The notes beneath the pieces were generated by a model. The model searched no databases and had not been told where the DNA came from. It saw nothing but the letters and a program-made list of their open reading frames with translations. From Octopus vulgaris (Eukaryota), in the NCBI GenBank assembly GCA_951406725.2, contig OX597820.1, forward strand, positions 102,052,001-102,116,000: 64,000 bases of DNA, given 5' to 3'. The translations under genes were made by a program, and so were the position numbers. Positions 1-11,070 of the stretch are shown in pieces. Within the stretch, counting starts at the first letter, position 1. Every line of letters begins with the position of its first letter.

Positions 1-103
1 TTTTTTCGGATCTTTATGTTTTAGATGTTGCAGATTACAAATATGCAAAAAAAAATTTTTCTTTCAATTTCACCGCCCACCCCACCCCATTTAAAGTTTA
101 GGT

Positions 104-475
104 TTTCTCTTTTCTCTTTCTCTCTTTTACTTGTTTCAGTCATTTGACTGCGGCCATGCTGGAGCACCACCTTTTAGTACTTATTCTATCGGTCTCTTTT
201 TGCCGAACCGCTAAGTGACGGGGACCTAAACACACCAGCATCGGTTGTCAAGCAATGCTAGGGGGACAACCACAGACACACAAACACACACACATATACA
301 TATATATACATATATACGACAGGCTTCTTCCAGTTTCCGTCTACCAAATCCACTCACAAGGCATTGGTCGGCCCGAGGCTATAGCAGAAGACACTTGCCC
401 AAGATGCCACGCAGTGGGACTGAACCCGCAACCGTGTGGTTGGTTAGCAAGCTACTTACCACACAGCCACTCCTG
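104..475 (-). mobile_element. tRNA-derived SINE, family A
   Basis: Reverse complement has head GGAGTGGCTGTGTGGTAAG..GGTTCAGTCC (Pol III A/B-box-like), internal TA/TG microsatellite and tail CAGCATGGCCGCAGTCAAATGACTGAAACAAGTAAAAGAG; about 10 copies in window. Confidence 0.85.
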
Positions 476-1024
476 TTTACTTTAAAGAAATAGTGAACTG
501 ATGAACATATATGCAAATTGAAATTAAATACAGACAAAAACATTAAAGTGAAAAGAATTTGCATTTTACTTGTGTTTACCTTAAATAATCGTAAATAAGA
601 ATGTAATGTTAATTAAATATACACCATTTTATGAGAAACAAACAACGTTTAATAATTAATGTTATAAAGTTTAATAAGGGGCTCAAATTTCACCCCCTCT
701 CCTAATTTCAAATTTTGAACTTTCATCCATTTATTTATCCCTGTCCGTTTATTCATAAAATATATTTCTCAACTAAATGTGGCGGTCCTATAGAAGACGG
801 CATTACTGTTGTTTATAGCCCCAGGAAGACATTCACATCTATCTATCTCTTTATAAACATATCTATATGTTTAGTGAATTTTAAATTTTGAAAATGCATA
901 TTTGTAACCTCTGACATCTAAAACGTAGGAATCTGAAAAAATACATTTTTAAAGGAGAGGTGCGAAACTGCATTAGGCCCTCCACAACACCCCTTATACT
1001 GGAAACAACATACGGAGTTCCTAT

Positions 1025-1800
1025 TTACATTTTTTCTGCATATTGAGTAAAGCTATTTCCTGGACAGCACAGAGTCCTAACTTCTTTTCTGCTCACTAAC
1101 ACCTGAGTCTTAACTAAATTCATTTGAGGCTTCTCAGTTCTAGGGTCTGCTTCCATGCCTGAAATTTCTTCTCCCCTTTTAATTCTACTGTATAGGTATA
1201 AGAGGTAGATCATCAGTTCTTATAGCTAAATATAGCTCTTCACTCTGCAAAATAAGTCTTGAATTCTTATGATGGCCAGGGGAAGACTGAGAAATGAACC
1301 TCGAAGGACCCCAATTTTTATACTAAAGTTGTGTCTTAACTCATTATTTGCTCTCACTTTATCGACAGCACACTCAAAAACCATTTATCAATACCTACAT
1401 TCCCTAGAGACACCAGATTACTCAGCATAGCATTTTGTCAAAGGCCTTCTCCAACTTGGTGAACAATGAATGTTAGATATAGTGGCTTACTCTTAGCTTA
1501 GTACTTCTGTATGTGCCTCAGAGAAAATGCCATCTGTGCTACCTCTTTCAGGCATAAAACCACCCTGCATCTCATCTAAGCTAATTCAGTTCCTGATTGA
1601 ATATGATACTTCTTCTGTCACCTTCACAGCCTGGTCTAACAAGTTGATGCTTCAGTAATTTCCTCTCTCTAATGCATCTCCTTTGTCTTTTAACACTGTA
1701 CAATGATAGTGCTACACCAGTCATAAGGTACAACTACTTCCGGTACAACCTGATTAGATATTTGGGTGACAAGCACATATCCTATTTCAGATATTTTAAG
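1025..1800 (-). pseudogene. Highly decayed RTE LINE reverse transcriptase fragment
   Basis: Peptides QVVPEVVVPYDWCSTIIVQC and MNLVKTQVLVSRK match QVIHEGVIPNDWCSSIIVNC and VNLAKTKVLISRK of the RTE at 11-13.6 kb; many stops. Confidence 0.75.
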
Positions 1801-2516
1801 CAAATAAAAAATATATAGAATGTCATTCAGGTTTATAGAAGATGTGGGTTTTGAGTTCCATGGGCACCCTTCATCTTCTTCTATACAAAAGGTTTTTAAA
1901 CCCAATATTTACACGCTAATATTTATAATTTTAACTGGTTCATGTTCAACTGTTAAAAACAAATTATTTCACGTTCTCACAAAGTTTCTAAATTTTTAAT
2001 CTAAACTATATATACACACACACACATCATCCTTTTACATAAGCTTTCTTTGCTGGTATGGGTTGATCAATTCTAAGGAATTCAAAGAGTTACAGGATCA
2101 TGTTGTGCTCTGCTTCAGTTTTCGCATAGTTTCTACAATTGGATCTCTTCCTAATGCAAACCACTTCATAGTGTACTAGGTGGCACCAGCACCAGAGGTC
2201 ACCTTGTAGCATGCAAGACTAATGGGCCAAAAAATCTCCCATGACGGAAAGGAAAGTAAGAGAGATAGGGTGATGACTTTAAACAAAATGAATATGGGTG
2301 GAAAGTGTGGAGGGGGAAAAGGATATATAAATAAAAGAAAACAATGAGGGTGGTGAGAATCTAGACAGTGGCTGAAGGAAAGAGAGATGTAAAGGAGATG
2401 TGAAGATGAGAGAGAGAGATGAGAGGATGTTTAAGCATCAGAGACACTGTGGAAAGAGGAGTGCAAAAGAAAGGGAAACAGAGCATTGGGAAGCAGTGAG
2501 AAAAGGTGTAAACATA

Positions 2517-2750
2517 TATTTCTTTACTACCCACAAGGGGCTAAACACAGAGGGGACAAAAACAAGGACAGACAAACAGATTAAGTCAATTATATCAACC
2601 CCAGTGCGTAACTGGTACTTAATTTATCGACCCCGAAAGGATGAAAGGCAAAGTCGACCTTGGCGGAATTTGAGCTCAAAACATAACGGCAGACGAAATA
2701 CCGCTAAGCATTTCGCCCGGCGTGCTAACGTTTCTGCCAGCTCGCCACCT
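2517..2750 (-). mobile_element. tRNA-derived SINE, family B (Nin/Deu-domain-like core)
   Basis: Reverse complement GGCGAGCTGGCAGAAACGTTAG..TTCAAATTCCGCC..GCCTTTCATCCTTTCGGGGTCGATAAATTAAGTACC; same family at 31143 and 36710. Confidence 0.8.
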
Positions 2751-3074
2751 TGTAAACATATATACATATACATGTTACCAAATACTGAAACATATGTGGG
2801 AATTTGAATAAAAGAGTACAAAGTTATAGTCATGTCCATGTTCTTTTCTTAGTCTCTCTCTCATACACACACACACACACATTAATGTTTGTTTTTATTC
2901 TATCTGGAGAGAGTCATTTTCTTTTTGAGCCTTATAATTTAACACACTCACTGGAAAAATTTCCCCTTATTTTTTATTTTCCTAAAATTTTCGTTGCGTC
3001 TTGCAACCTTTTCAATAGTCTTGACTGTTTTTATGTTCAGTTAAAATGAAAATAATTTTACATTAATCTGATGG

Positions 3075-3190
3075 GCGTAGAAACACTGCCAGATCAGACT
3101 GGGCCTGGCGCAACCTTCTGACTTCCCAGACCCCAGTTGAACCGTCCAACCCATGCTAGCATGGAAAGCGGACGTTAAACGATGATGATG
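3075..3190 (+). mobile_element. RTE LINE 3' tail (short truncated copy)
   Basis: Matches the end of the 11071-14057 element; ends CCAACCCATGCTAGCATGGAAAGCGGACGTTAAAC(GAT)n. Confidence 0.8.
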
Positions 3191-3206
3191 GGCGAGTACA
3201 AATTTG

Positions 3207-3316
3207 TTATTCTTTAACAAAAATATTGTTGACAGTGATTTCGAAGTTTCAGCCATGATGGCTAAGCTGGCCAAAACTTCGAAGTCACTGTCAACAACAT
3301 TCTTGTTTAAGAATAA
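3207..3316. repeat. Imperfect ~110-bp palindrome
   Basis: TTATTCTT..TTGTTGACAGTGATTTCGAAGTTT pairs with AAACTTCGAAGTCACTGTCAACAA..AAGAATAA. Confidence 0.85.
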
Positions 3317-3786
3317 TATATATATGCAAGCATATGTGTGTGCGTGTATGTATGCATAAGTTCCTATAGTAAATATCTAAATATAAAACCTTACTGTGGG
3401 TTTATATACACACAAGTTGAGAAGTCTAAAACTGGAGAGCAATTATGTAGGTGTAGTGTTTCAGGAAAAAGTTGAGAGAAAAAGTGACAATCACATAATT
3501 ATTAACTAATCCCATAGCAGCACACACTTTGTCATTTAGTGGTGTTGTTATAAGATATAATTGATAATATCAATAGCTGTCAGTCACTCAAACATAGGAG
3601 CGGAGACAATTTATAAATACTGAGGCTAAAACTTTCTAAGCTGCTGGAGAATAAACAAAAATAGTGTGTGCACGCGCGCGCATGTATTTCCTTCAACTGG
3701 TTTCGCTCATGGGACTTACACGGCGCTTACACACGAACTTCAAAGGTTGTAGTTGAACAAGCTGGTTCCTATTTTCTCAACAGCTA

Positions 3787-3962
3787 CAGTATTTACTCGA
3801 GTATAAGCCGCACGCCTTATTTGGTGTTAAATCTTGGTACATTTTTTTTTTTTTTTCCCTTGAAAGTTTTAGTTTTGCTTTGTGTATAGATTGCATCCAC
3901 CAATATTTTCATTTAAAATAAAGTATAAAATAGGGCAACTTATTATTTGCAAGTAGATACGT
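3787..3962. mobile_element. Decayed pogo/Tigger-like MITE
   Basis: TA|CAGTATTTACTCGAGTATAA left end; degenerate inverted right end TTATTTGCAAGTAGATACGT|TA. Confidence 0.45.
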
Positions 3963-6900
3963 TATTTGTCAGAGTGTTAAGTTATGCAGTAATCATAAAT
4001 ATAAACAATAATAATTATCTTAAACTGTGCGGATAAATGGTATATTTCTCTTGGGTGAGAGGAAGGAAAGAGAAAGACTAACGAGGCAAAATATCTTTAA
4101 CACTTTGCCAACCCTATGTATCAGATTGAATTACACAAGACATAAATATTTCTCTGGTGGCCATGCATCAATATATGGTAAACATTTCTACTTTTTTCTT
4201 TTAACCACCAGAATAACATAGGAGTTATGAAAGGAAAGCTTCATATTATTTATATAACTCATAGTGTATGAAACAAAGGTTTGGACTAAGGGTCTGAAAA
4301 CAAGCATTGGGCGTTTAAGACTTATGAAAATGCTTTTGACAGGTAGAGGGTTAAAAGTAGATAGTTTACACAAACACATACACATATATAGTCACAAAAA
4401 TTCAGGAATGTTTTTTTGTTTCATTTATTTATTTATTTGTTTTGGTGAGGGCAGATTTACCCCCTATCTTTCAAAATATAATTTGCAGAATCGTAACCTA
4501 ACCCTAACCCTAAAACGCAGATTAGAAGAAATTACTTTTTATGACCAATTAGATAATTCCTAACGACGGCCGTTTTCGGCATAACAAAAGCCCTAACTCT
4601 AAATACCGTGTGTACGTATTCTTTACTTTCACTATTCCTAACTCTATTTTTAAGGAATGTCTAGCCTACCCTTGGTTAGGCAGACATGAAGGAACATTGG
4701 CTGCTGTTTCTAGCAGGATGAGTGAGCATGTAATTCACTAGTCAGGAAAACCAGGCACTTGGAGTGGGTATATTAGTATGTATACAATACTGCATTTATA
4801 GATCCAATTCAGAATAGCAGAAAGCTGTCACCATATTCTTCATACTGCCCCTTATGAAGGACGCCAGGACTGGCAAAATCGGCTGAAATGACTGCATTGA
4901 TTGTGCATATATATATATATATATATAATAGAAATATGTGACAAAAAGAAAATAGAAACTACACGTGGAAATGTAAGGGGCGCTTTGCTATCACATGGTC
5001 TCGGACTCAGTCCCATTATACAGCACCTGGGAAAGTGACTTCTGCTATAGCTCTGAGCCAACGAATGCCTTTATGAGTGAACTTGGTAGACAGAAATTGT
5101 GTGGAAGCTCGTTGTGTATATGTGTGTGACTGTCCTTTTCCTAACTTTCAAAGTGTTGTTCACCCTAGACTCAACAACTTTCCCTATCCACAGAGATTCC
5201 TCATGTCTAAGAAAACATTAATGTATTGAAGAAGGATAACCTCTATAATTCGGAACTATCGGTCTTGAACCACTACGTGGTCGCTTCATCTGCAAGAATT
5301 AGTTGCTTGACCATCCTTGAATCTAACCACATTGTCTTAAAAAAAATAAATGAAAGGTTACACAGGAGGACTGTCTGGGAGTTTAATAGCTATCGGCTTC
5401 CTGTCCTCGCTTAAAAACATTTCAAACATCCGAGGAAAAGCTACAAACAACCACCAATATCTTCATATCCCATCTCTCTCTCTGCCTGTCATTTCTTAGT
5501 TACAGTAGCACCCACTGCAACTCTAAAAGCCCTTTCGATGCACCCACAAAAAACGCGGGAACTTTCGAGAGGTCACTTAAGAAATGGCAACCGAATTCAC
5601 TCAATTCGCATCCGACCGCCTCAGAGAACAGGTTGTATAACATCATCCAGGGTTTCCTGCACATAAAAGAGGAGTGATAGTCATGAGCAGAATGCCTTCG
5701 ATCATAGGTCTGATCTCAGTCAGTTGGTCATCGGCTATACGACGGTAACTCTACGCATCCACTTTCCGTCGTCCCTAAATTGTTTCACGCACCAAATTTT
5801 GCACTACTCAAACCCTTCCATCCCGGAACTGTTAATCCTCAAGAATTTCTGCTCTGTCTACGATACATTTTTTCCAGCTGCTGGTTTCGTTAAACGGCTG
5901 TTTGGTGGGAAAAGGAGGGGAGTCTACAAAGGTAACTTTAAAAAACGTGTGAGTGTAAGAATTCATAAACTCTTAAAGAACGTGAAAATAATTCGGGGTG
6001 GGGGCACCATAAACAGCATGTAAATATTGGGTTAAAAACTCTTGGGATGGAACTTCGACTTTTTCTATCCAAGGTTGTTTTTTTATTTATACCACTTTCA
6101 CGTAAGTGTACATAAATAATATATACACACACTCGGATATTTATATATAGCATTTCAGGTTTTTTTTTTATACAACTGGACATGCATTTATGTACATTTT
6201 TCTATAAAGAATTTTGTTAACATTAATTGAAACTGCTAACATGTGTCTTAGCTGTGAAGCTCTCCTACACACAACATTGTCACAGACGCTAACATATGGG
6301 TCAAAGAATGTAAATAACCAATCCCATTTCCATCGACACGAATTCGTTTACATCCCTCGTTTCGAAATTAAAAGCAACTAGATTGACATGACACTTAAGA
6401 GAGCCCACAAGGAAAATAAAGAAACAAATCAATAAAAACACATGTCAGATTTTCGCTTGAGAAGGATTTCAGCATATTGCGGGCACAGACGATTTTGTCT
6501 ATCATCAATTTCATAGCTTGCAAATGAATTAAAAGTAAAATCGATTACAAATGAAATTTGAACTCGCGACCGAGACGAATAGAACTTATACACTTTATTA
6601 CAACTCTCCGTCACGATATTTTCAGTAAACTACGTTGTCATTAAGTAACACTATTTCTTTGTTCAAAACGTAAATAAATTTATGTTAATGTCTTACATAT
6701 TAACAGTTCATTCATAACATGTAAAGGCCTATTAATTTATGTGATGTGGCGACAATGAAGCACTGAAGATGAAAAATATCGGAAAATTGGAGCCGACTTT
6801 TTGTTTTTTCACGCGCATAAGACCTTATAGTTAGTTATCGAGCCAAAAGCAGGGGGTGCCCTCTACGCAGTAACTCGATTTGCATTTGCTAGAAATAGCT

Positions 6901-8236
6901 CTCAAATCTCCATGTTGTCTTTCAAAAAGGAAGGCGACTGGTGTTTGTTAGTTCATATACATATACAAAATAAAACAAAAAGACACGATAATTTCACTGC
7001 TGGAATACTAGGCTTGCGGGATCGGGGCTGGCGCGAGGTTAAAAAATAACTTCAATATATATATATACACAAGAGAACTATTCGTGTGTAGGTCCATGTC
7101 TTTCCGGACAAGAATTGTTTGTCAATATTATTAATTCAAACTGCTAACATGTGTCTTTATGTACACATATTTCCTACACAACGAAATGGATTGCAAGATT
7201 GTAGTAATCAGAAAAATCCTCAATTCTCTCGGGTATCAAATGAGTGAGTGGGTTACATAACGAAGGCTCTCAGTGCTTGGGACAAAAGTACATTCAGTAC
7301 CCCAACAATAATTATTGTAGGGCAGAGGAAATTTCGTACCCCATTCACACCTGCGCCGTGGGCGGGATGACTCTTTCCTTATCCCTGTCTGTCTATCTAT
7401 CTATATCTGTGATATCAATTTCACTTTATTCTCATCCAGAAAAGTTTTCTTGTTTTGATAATTCAAAGAATTTTGCAAGCATATGGTTTAGTTTCTTTAA
7501 AATAACCTGTTTTATTTTCTCTCTTGCATTTAACAACACAGTTTTATGATTCGTTCTTTCCTAGTTGATTTATTTTTTCAAACTTCTTTTTAGTTACAAA
7601 TTTGTATCGTTATTAAAATAAAGGTGCGCACTATAAAATAAAGGAAATATTCGGATGAGCATTCTGAGTTCAATTTACAACTGTTTTCATTTAGTGTTGA
7701 ACCAGTAAATTCTCACTTTAATGTACTTGTTTATAACAAACGACTTTAGATAAAACCTCAAAAACTTGTTCCTGTGAAATTTGTGAGGACTCGTTAATGT
7801 TACTGTGAAAAAAATATTCTTGGCAAACCAAGTTCCGACTTTTGAATTAAAATATTTTATATCATAAATATATTTCATAAAGAAGGGATGCCTGTCACTA
7901 TTCTTAATTAATCTCCCTCCTTTTTTTTTTTACTTCAACTATAATAAATTCGGACTGCGCGCTTCCGAAAGAAACATGTTTCTCTCAAATTATGCTAAAA
8001 GGGTGAATGAATGTACTTAATCTACTAAATCACTTTCTCAACAAAAATTTTAACTCGTGTTTTATTAGTGAAAAGAACAAAAATTGTTTTCTACATAATA
8101 TAAAGACTGAATGAAAACGAAAAAGAAAAGCGAGAAAATATGACAGGCGAAGAAAACAAACGCACATGGAAACGAAATGGTAAATAAATGGGAAAATAAG
8201 GCCACATTATATATATATGTGAAGAATATATCTTAC

Positions 8237-8283
8237 GTGTTCAGAGACGGTGTTGTTACTGTAGGACTTGTCATTGCTTGCAT
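8237..8283 (-). CDS. Candidate first coding exon (MQAMTSPTVTTPSLNT), unknown gene
   Basis: ATG with A at -3, open frame to an AC|GTAAGA donor, in unique repeat-poor sequence; no homology recognised. Confidence 0.3.
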
Positions 8284-8798
8284 GATAACAGTGGTGTGGT
8301 GATGGTGAATGGGATAGTATATTTGTCCAAAACAGTGCTGGTGATGTTGCTGATGGAAGAGTAAAAACTTCTTACCAACCTAAACAAGCCAAATCTGGCC
8401 TTTGTCGACACTTAGTTTCCTGTTGTTTGGACTGCTAGTGTGTCCGGTTTACACTTCTTTTTCCTAATCGTTTTATCAAAATTTTGCCTCTCTCTCTCTC
8501 TCTCTCTTTTCTTTTGATTTGTTTCCTTATTTCATTTCATTAAAAAAATTTATATACAGTATAAATACACAAGTCCTTTTGTTGTGTTAGTATTTTATAT
8601 ATCAAGTTCGAAATATATTTTGTTATATACTCAGTAGATAGCCACTAACTTCATAATATCGAAAATGGTTATTTTTATTTTAATATCTATACATACAAGT
8701 GGTACATGTACCTTTGTGGACAGATATAATAGCAATCACAGTGTGAATGTTGGCTGAAAGCTGTCGTTTAATTCGAGGTATCCTTTATTTTTCCTACA

Positions 8799-8866
8799 AT
8801 GACTCTGGCAGCTGCCTCTCCCAAAACAAAGCTAAACCGGTTTCCATTCATCCCCTTCTTGATGTG
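8799..8866 (+). CDS. Candidate first coding exon (MTLAAASPKTKLNRFPFIPFLM), unknown gene
   Basis: ACAATG context, open frame to TG|GTGAGT consensus donor; the alternative ATG at 8747 also reads open to the same donor; no homology recognised. Confidence 0.3.
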
Positions 8867-10824
8867 GTGAGTGTCACTTCTCTTCAGGCTCCCATTGCAT
8901 ACAACAAACACCACATGTGCATGCTTTCCCGCCCACTACTTCCCCCACATTGCTTCTTTCATTCTCTTTCTCTCTATCTATCTCTATCGCTTTCTTATGC
9001 TTTGTTAATATTCTTTATCGCTTCTTTTACTTTTCCTCGCTTTAATATTTACTTTCTATCTCCATTTTCTCTCTCTCAGTCGTTTCTCTTTATTTTCTAT
9101 CAACTTTATCCGTATCTCCCTTTCTCTCTCTCTCTCTCTCTTCCTCATACGTTAGTGTTTTGCTTACTTTCGGTTTTACCTTGTTTCTCTCGTTTTTCTT
9201 TTTACTTTCTTTCTTTCATTTATTCTTTTTCTCGCATCTATCTACTTTTTCGAAAACTCCTTCACTATTTCTTCTCCTATTTCAATTTTTCACCACTTTA
9301 TCTCTTCCGCTTTCTTCTCTTGATTAAAAAAACAAAGAGTCATATCTTCCAGCTCTCTTTCTTTCTTTTATCCTTTCATCTCTCCTTTTCTTACCCATTA
9401 TCAATATCTTAATCTCACATCTTAATTATTCTACTTTTCAATCCTCTAAGACCAATGATAGCTTTTATTAACCCTCACCCACATAAACACCAAACAATAA
9501 CATTTTTCCAGTCGCTTGGATCGTGTGCTCTTAACCCTCCTTCCTCTCTTGTTTCCTCTTTCTCTTCAACCACATTATTTAAATCTTTCGAGTTCCAGCC
9601 TTTTTTTTTTCTCTTTATTTCTTTTTATTCATGCTTATTTGAAGGTGATGACCTTTTCATAATCCTTTAGAAAGTGAGGTGGAACTGCGTCATCTATCCG
9701 AAACGACTTTTCTTCCCTCTCCCCTCATTGAACAACCACTTCTGCATACATGCGCGCGTGCACGCACGCAATCGCTCGTAAGGAGATGGGGAGAAGAGAG
9801 AGAACAAAACGGTCCAGTTTTAAATTATGAGGAAGTGAAGAGAAAAAAATAGCCAGAATAGAGGCTTAGAAGCAGACGGGAGAGAGAGAGAGAGAAGTGA
9901 CAGGGAAATAGAGTGAAGCAAAAACGAAAAATAAAGCAACACTGGGATAAATAACTGGAAAAACGGTGATATTGAAGAGAGGGGGTCAGTATCAATTAGG
10001 AAGATTGAGACATTATTAAGAGGAGAAATAGATATAGAAACAGTAAGAAAAATAAAAACGAAAGTACAGAGTAAAGAATGAAAACCTGAAAAGAAAAAAT
10101 ATTAAGAGTAAACCTAGAAATAGAGAGAGCAAACGGTTGAGTATAATGGAAACATAAAGGGGTGAGAAAGAAACGGTGAGGGAGGAATAGTACATGAGAG
10201 AAAATGAAAGAAATATAGAGGAAGACAGAAGAGAGAAAAGGAGGGATAAATAAATATTTTTCTAGTCTTATATTGACAATAAAGTCAACTAAATGTCATA
10301 ATGTGCATTTTCTGTATTACAATAAATTTTCTTCTAGACAGCGACCAGGTTTGTTTTGTGACTATGGTTTAAAAGGCAACAAAAATACGCGAGAAAACAA
10401 TAACAAAAACTTGGCTTGACTAATTATCTGTAGCAAGAATATCTGGTCGACGAATGCCGGTGGAGATATTTATGAATGGAACAGTTATAGCATCATAGTA
10501 AAGATGATAATGGCAAAAAGAATGAAAGAGCTGTGTAGTAAAATAAATAAGTCAGCCACAGAGCATGGTGTGCGAGAATTTCACATCCCGGTGGAATCTT
10601 GACTGACAGCATCTGCGACTTACAAGCAGAATGGATTGGCAGAATCGTTAGAGCTTCGGACAAAATGTGGTATTTATAGCCATTTACGAAATTAGTTCAA
10701 ACCCCGTCGAGCTCATCTTGAACTTTTCATCTTCCAGGATTGATGTACTGGGCGATTTAAAGGACAAACCTACAGTTTAGTGCTCCATTTCGACTTCATT
10801 TCATCAAAACTTTCTCAAATATTT

Positions 10825-11035
10825 ACCTTTTACTTATTTCAGTCATTAGATTGCGGCCATGCGGGGGCACCACCTTGAAGAATTTTTAGTCGAATGAATC
10901 GACCCCAGTACTTGATTTTTTAAAGTCCAGTAATTTATTCTATCGGTTTATTTTTGCCGAACCGCTAAGTTACTGGGACGTAATCACACCAACATCGGTT
11001 GTCAAGCGGTGGGTGGGGGATAAACACAGACACAT
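10825..11035 (-). mobile_element. SINE family A, 3' half
   Basis: TTTCAGTCAT..GCGGCCATGC..GCCGAACCGCTAAG..GTTGTCAAGC matches family A tail. Confidence 0.75.
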
Positions 11036-11070
11036 ATATTTGGTTTTGTTTTCCACTTCCATATATACAT

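Noticed and set aside
245-493. Recurrent ORFs such as RLPNPLTRLWSARGYSRRHLPK
   Set aside because: SINE family A translated; recurs only because the SINE does
4495-4513. Telomeric TAACCC repeats
   Set aside because: Only about 3 units, interstitial, likely part of a repeat
8747-9412. 221-aa F/L/S-rich ORF as a membrane protein
   Set aside because: After the 8867 donor it is a polypyrimidine tract with no protein signature
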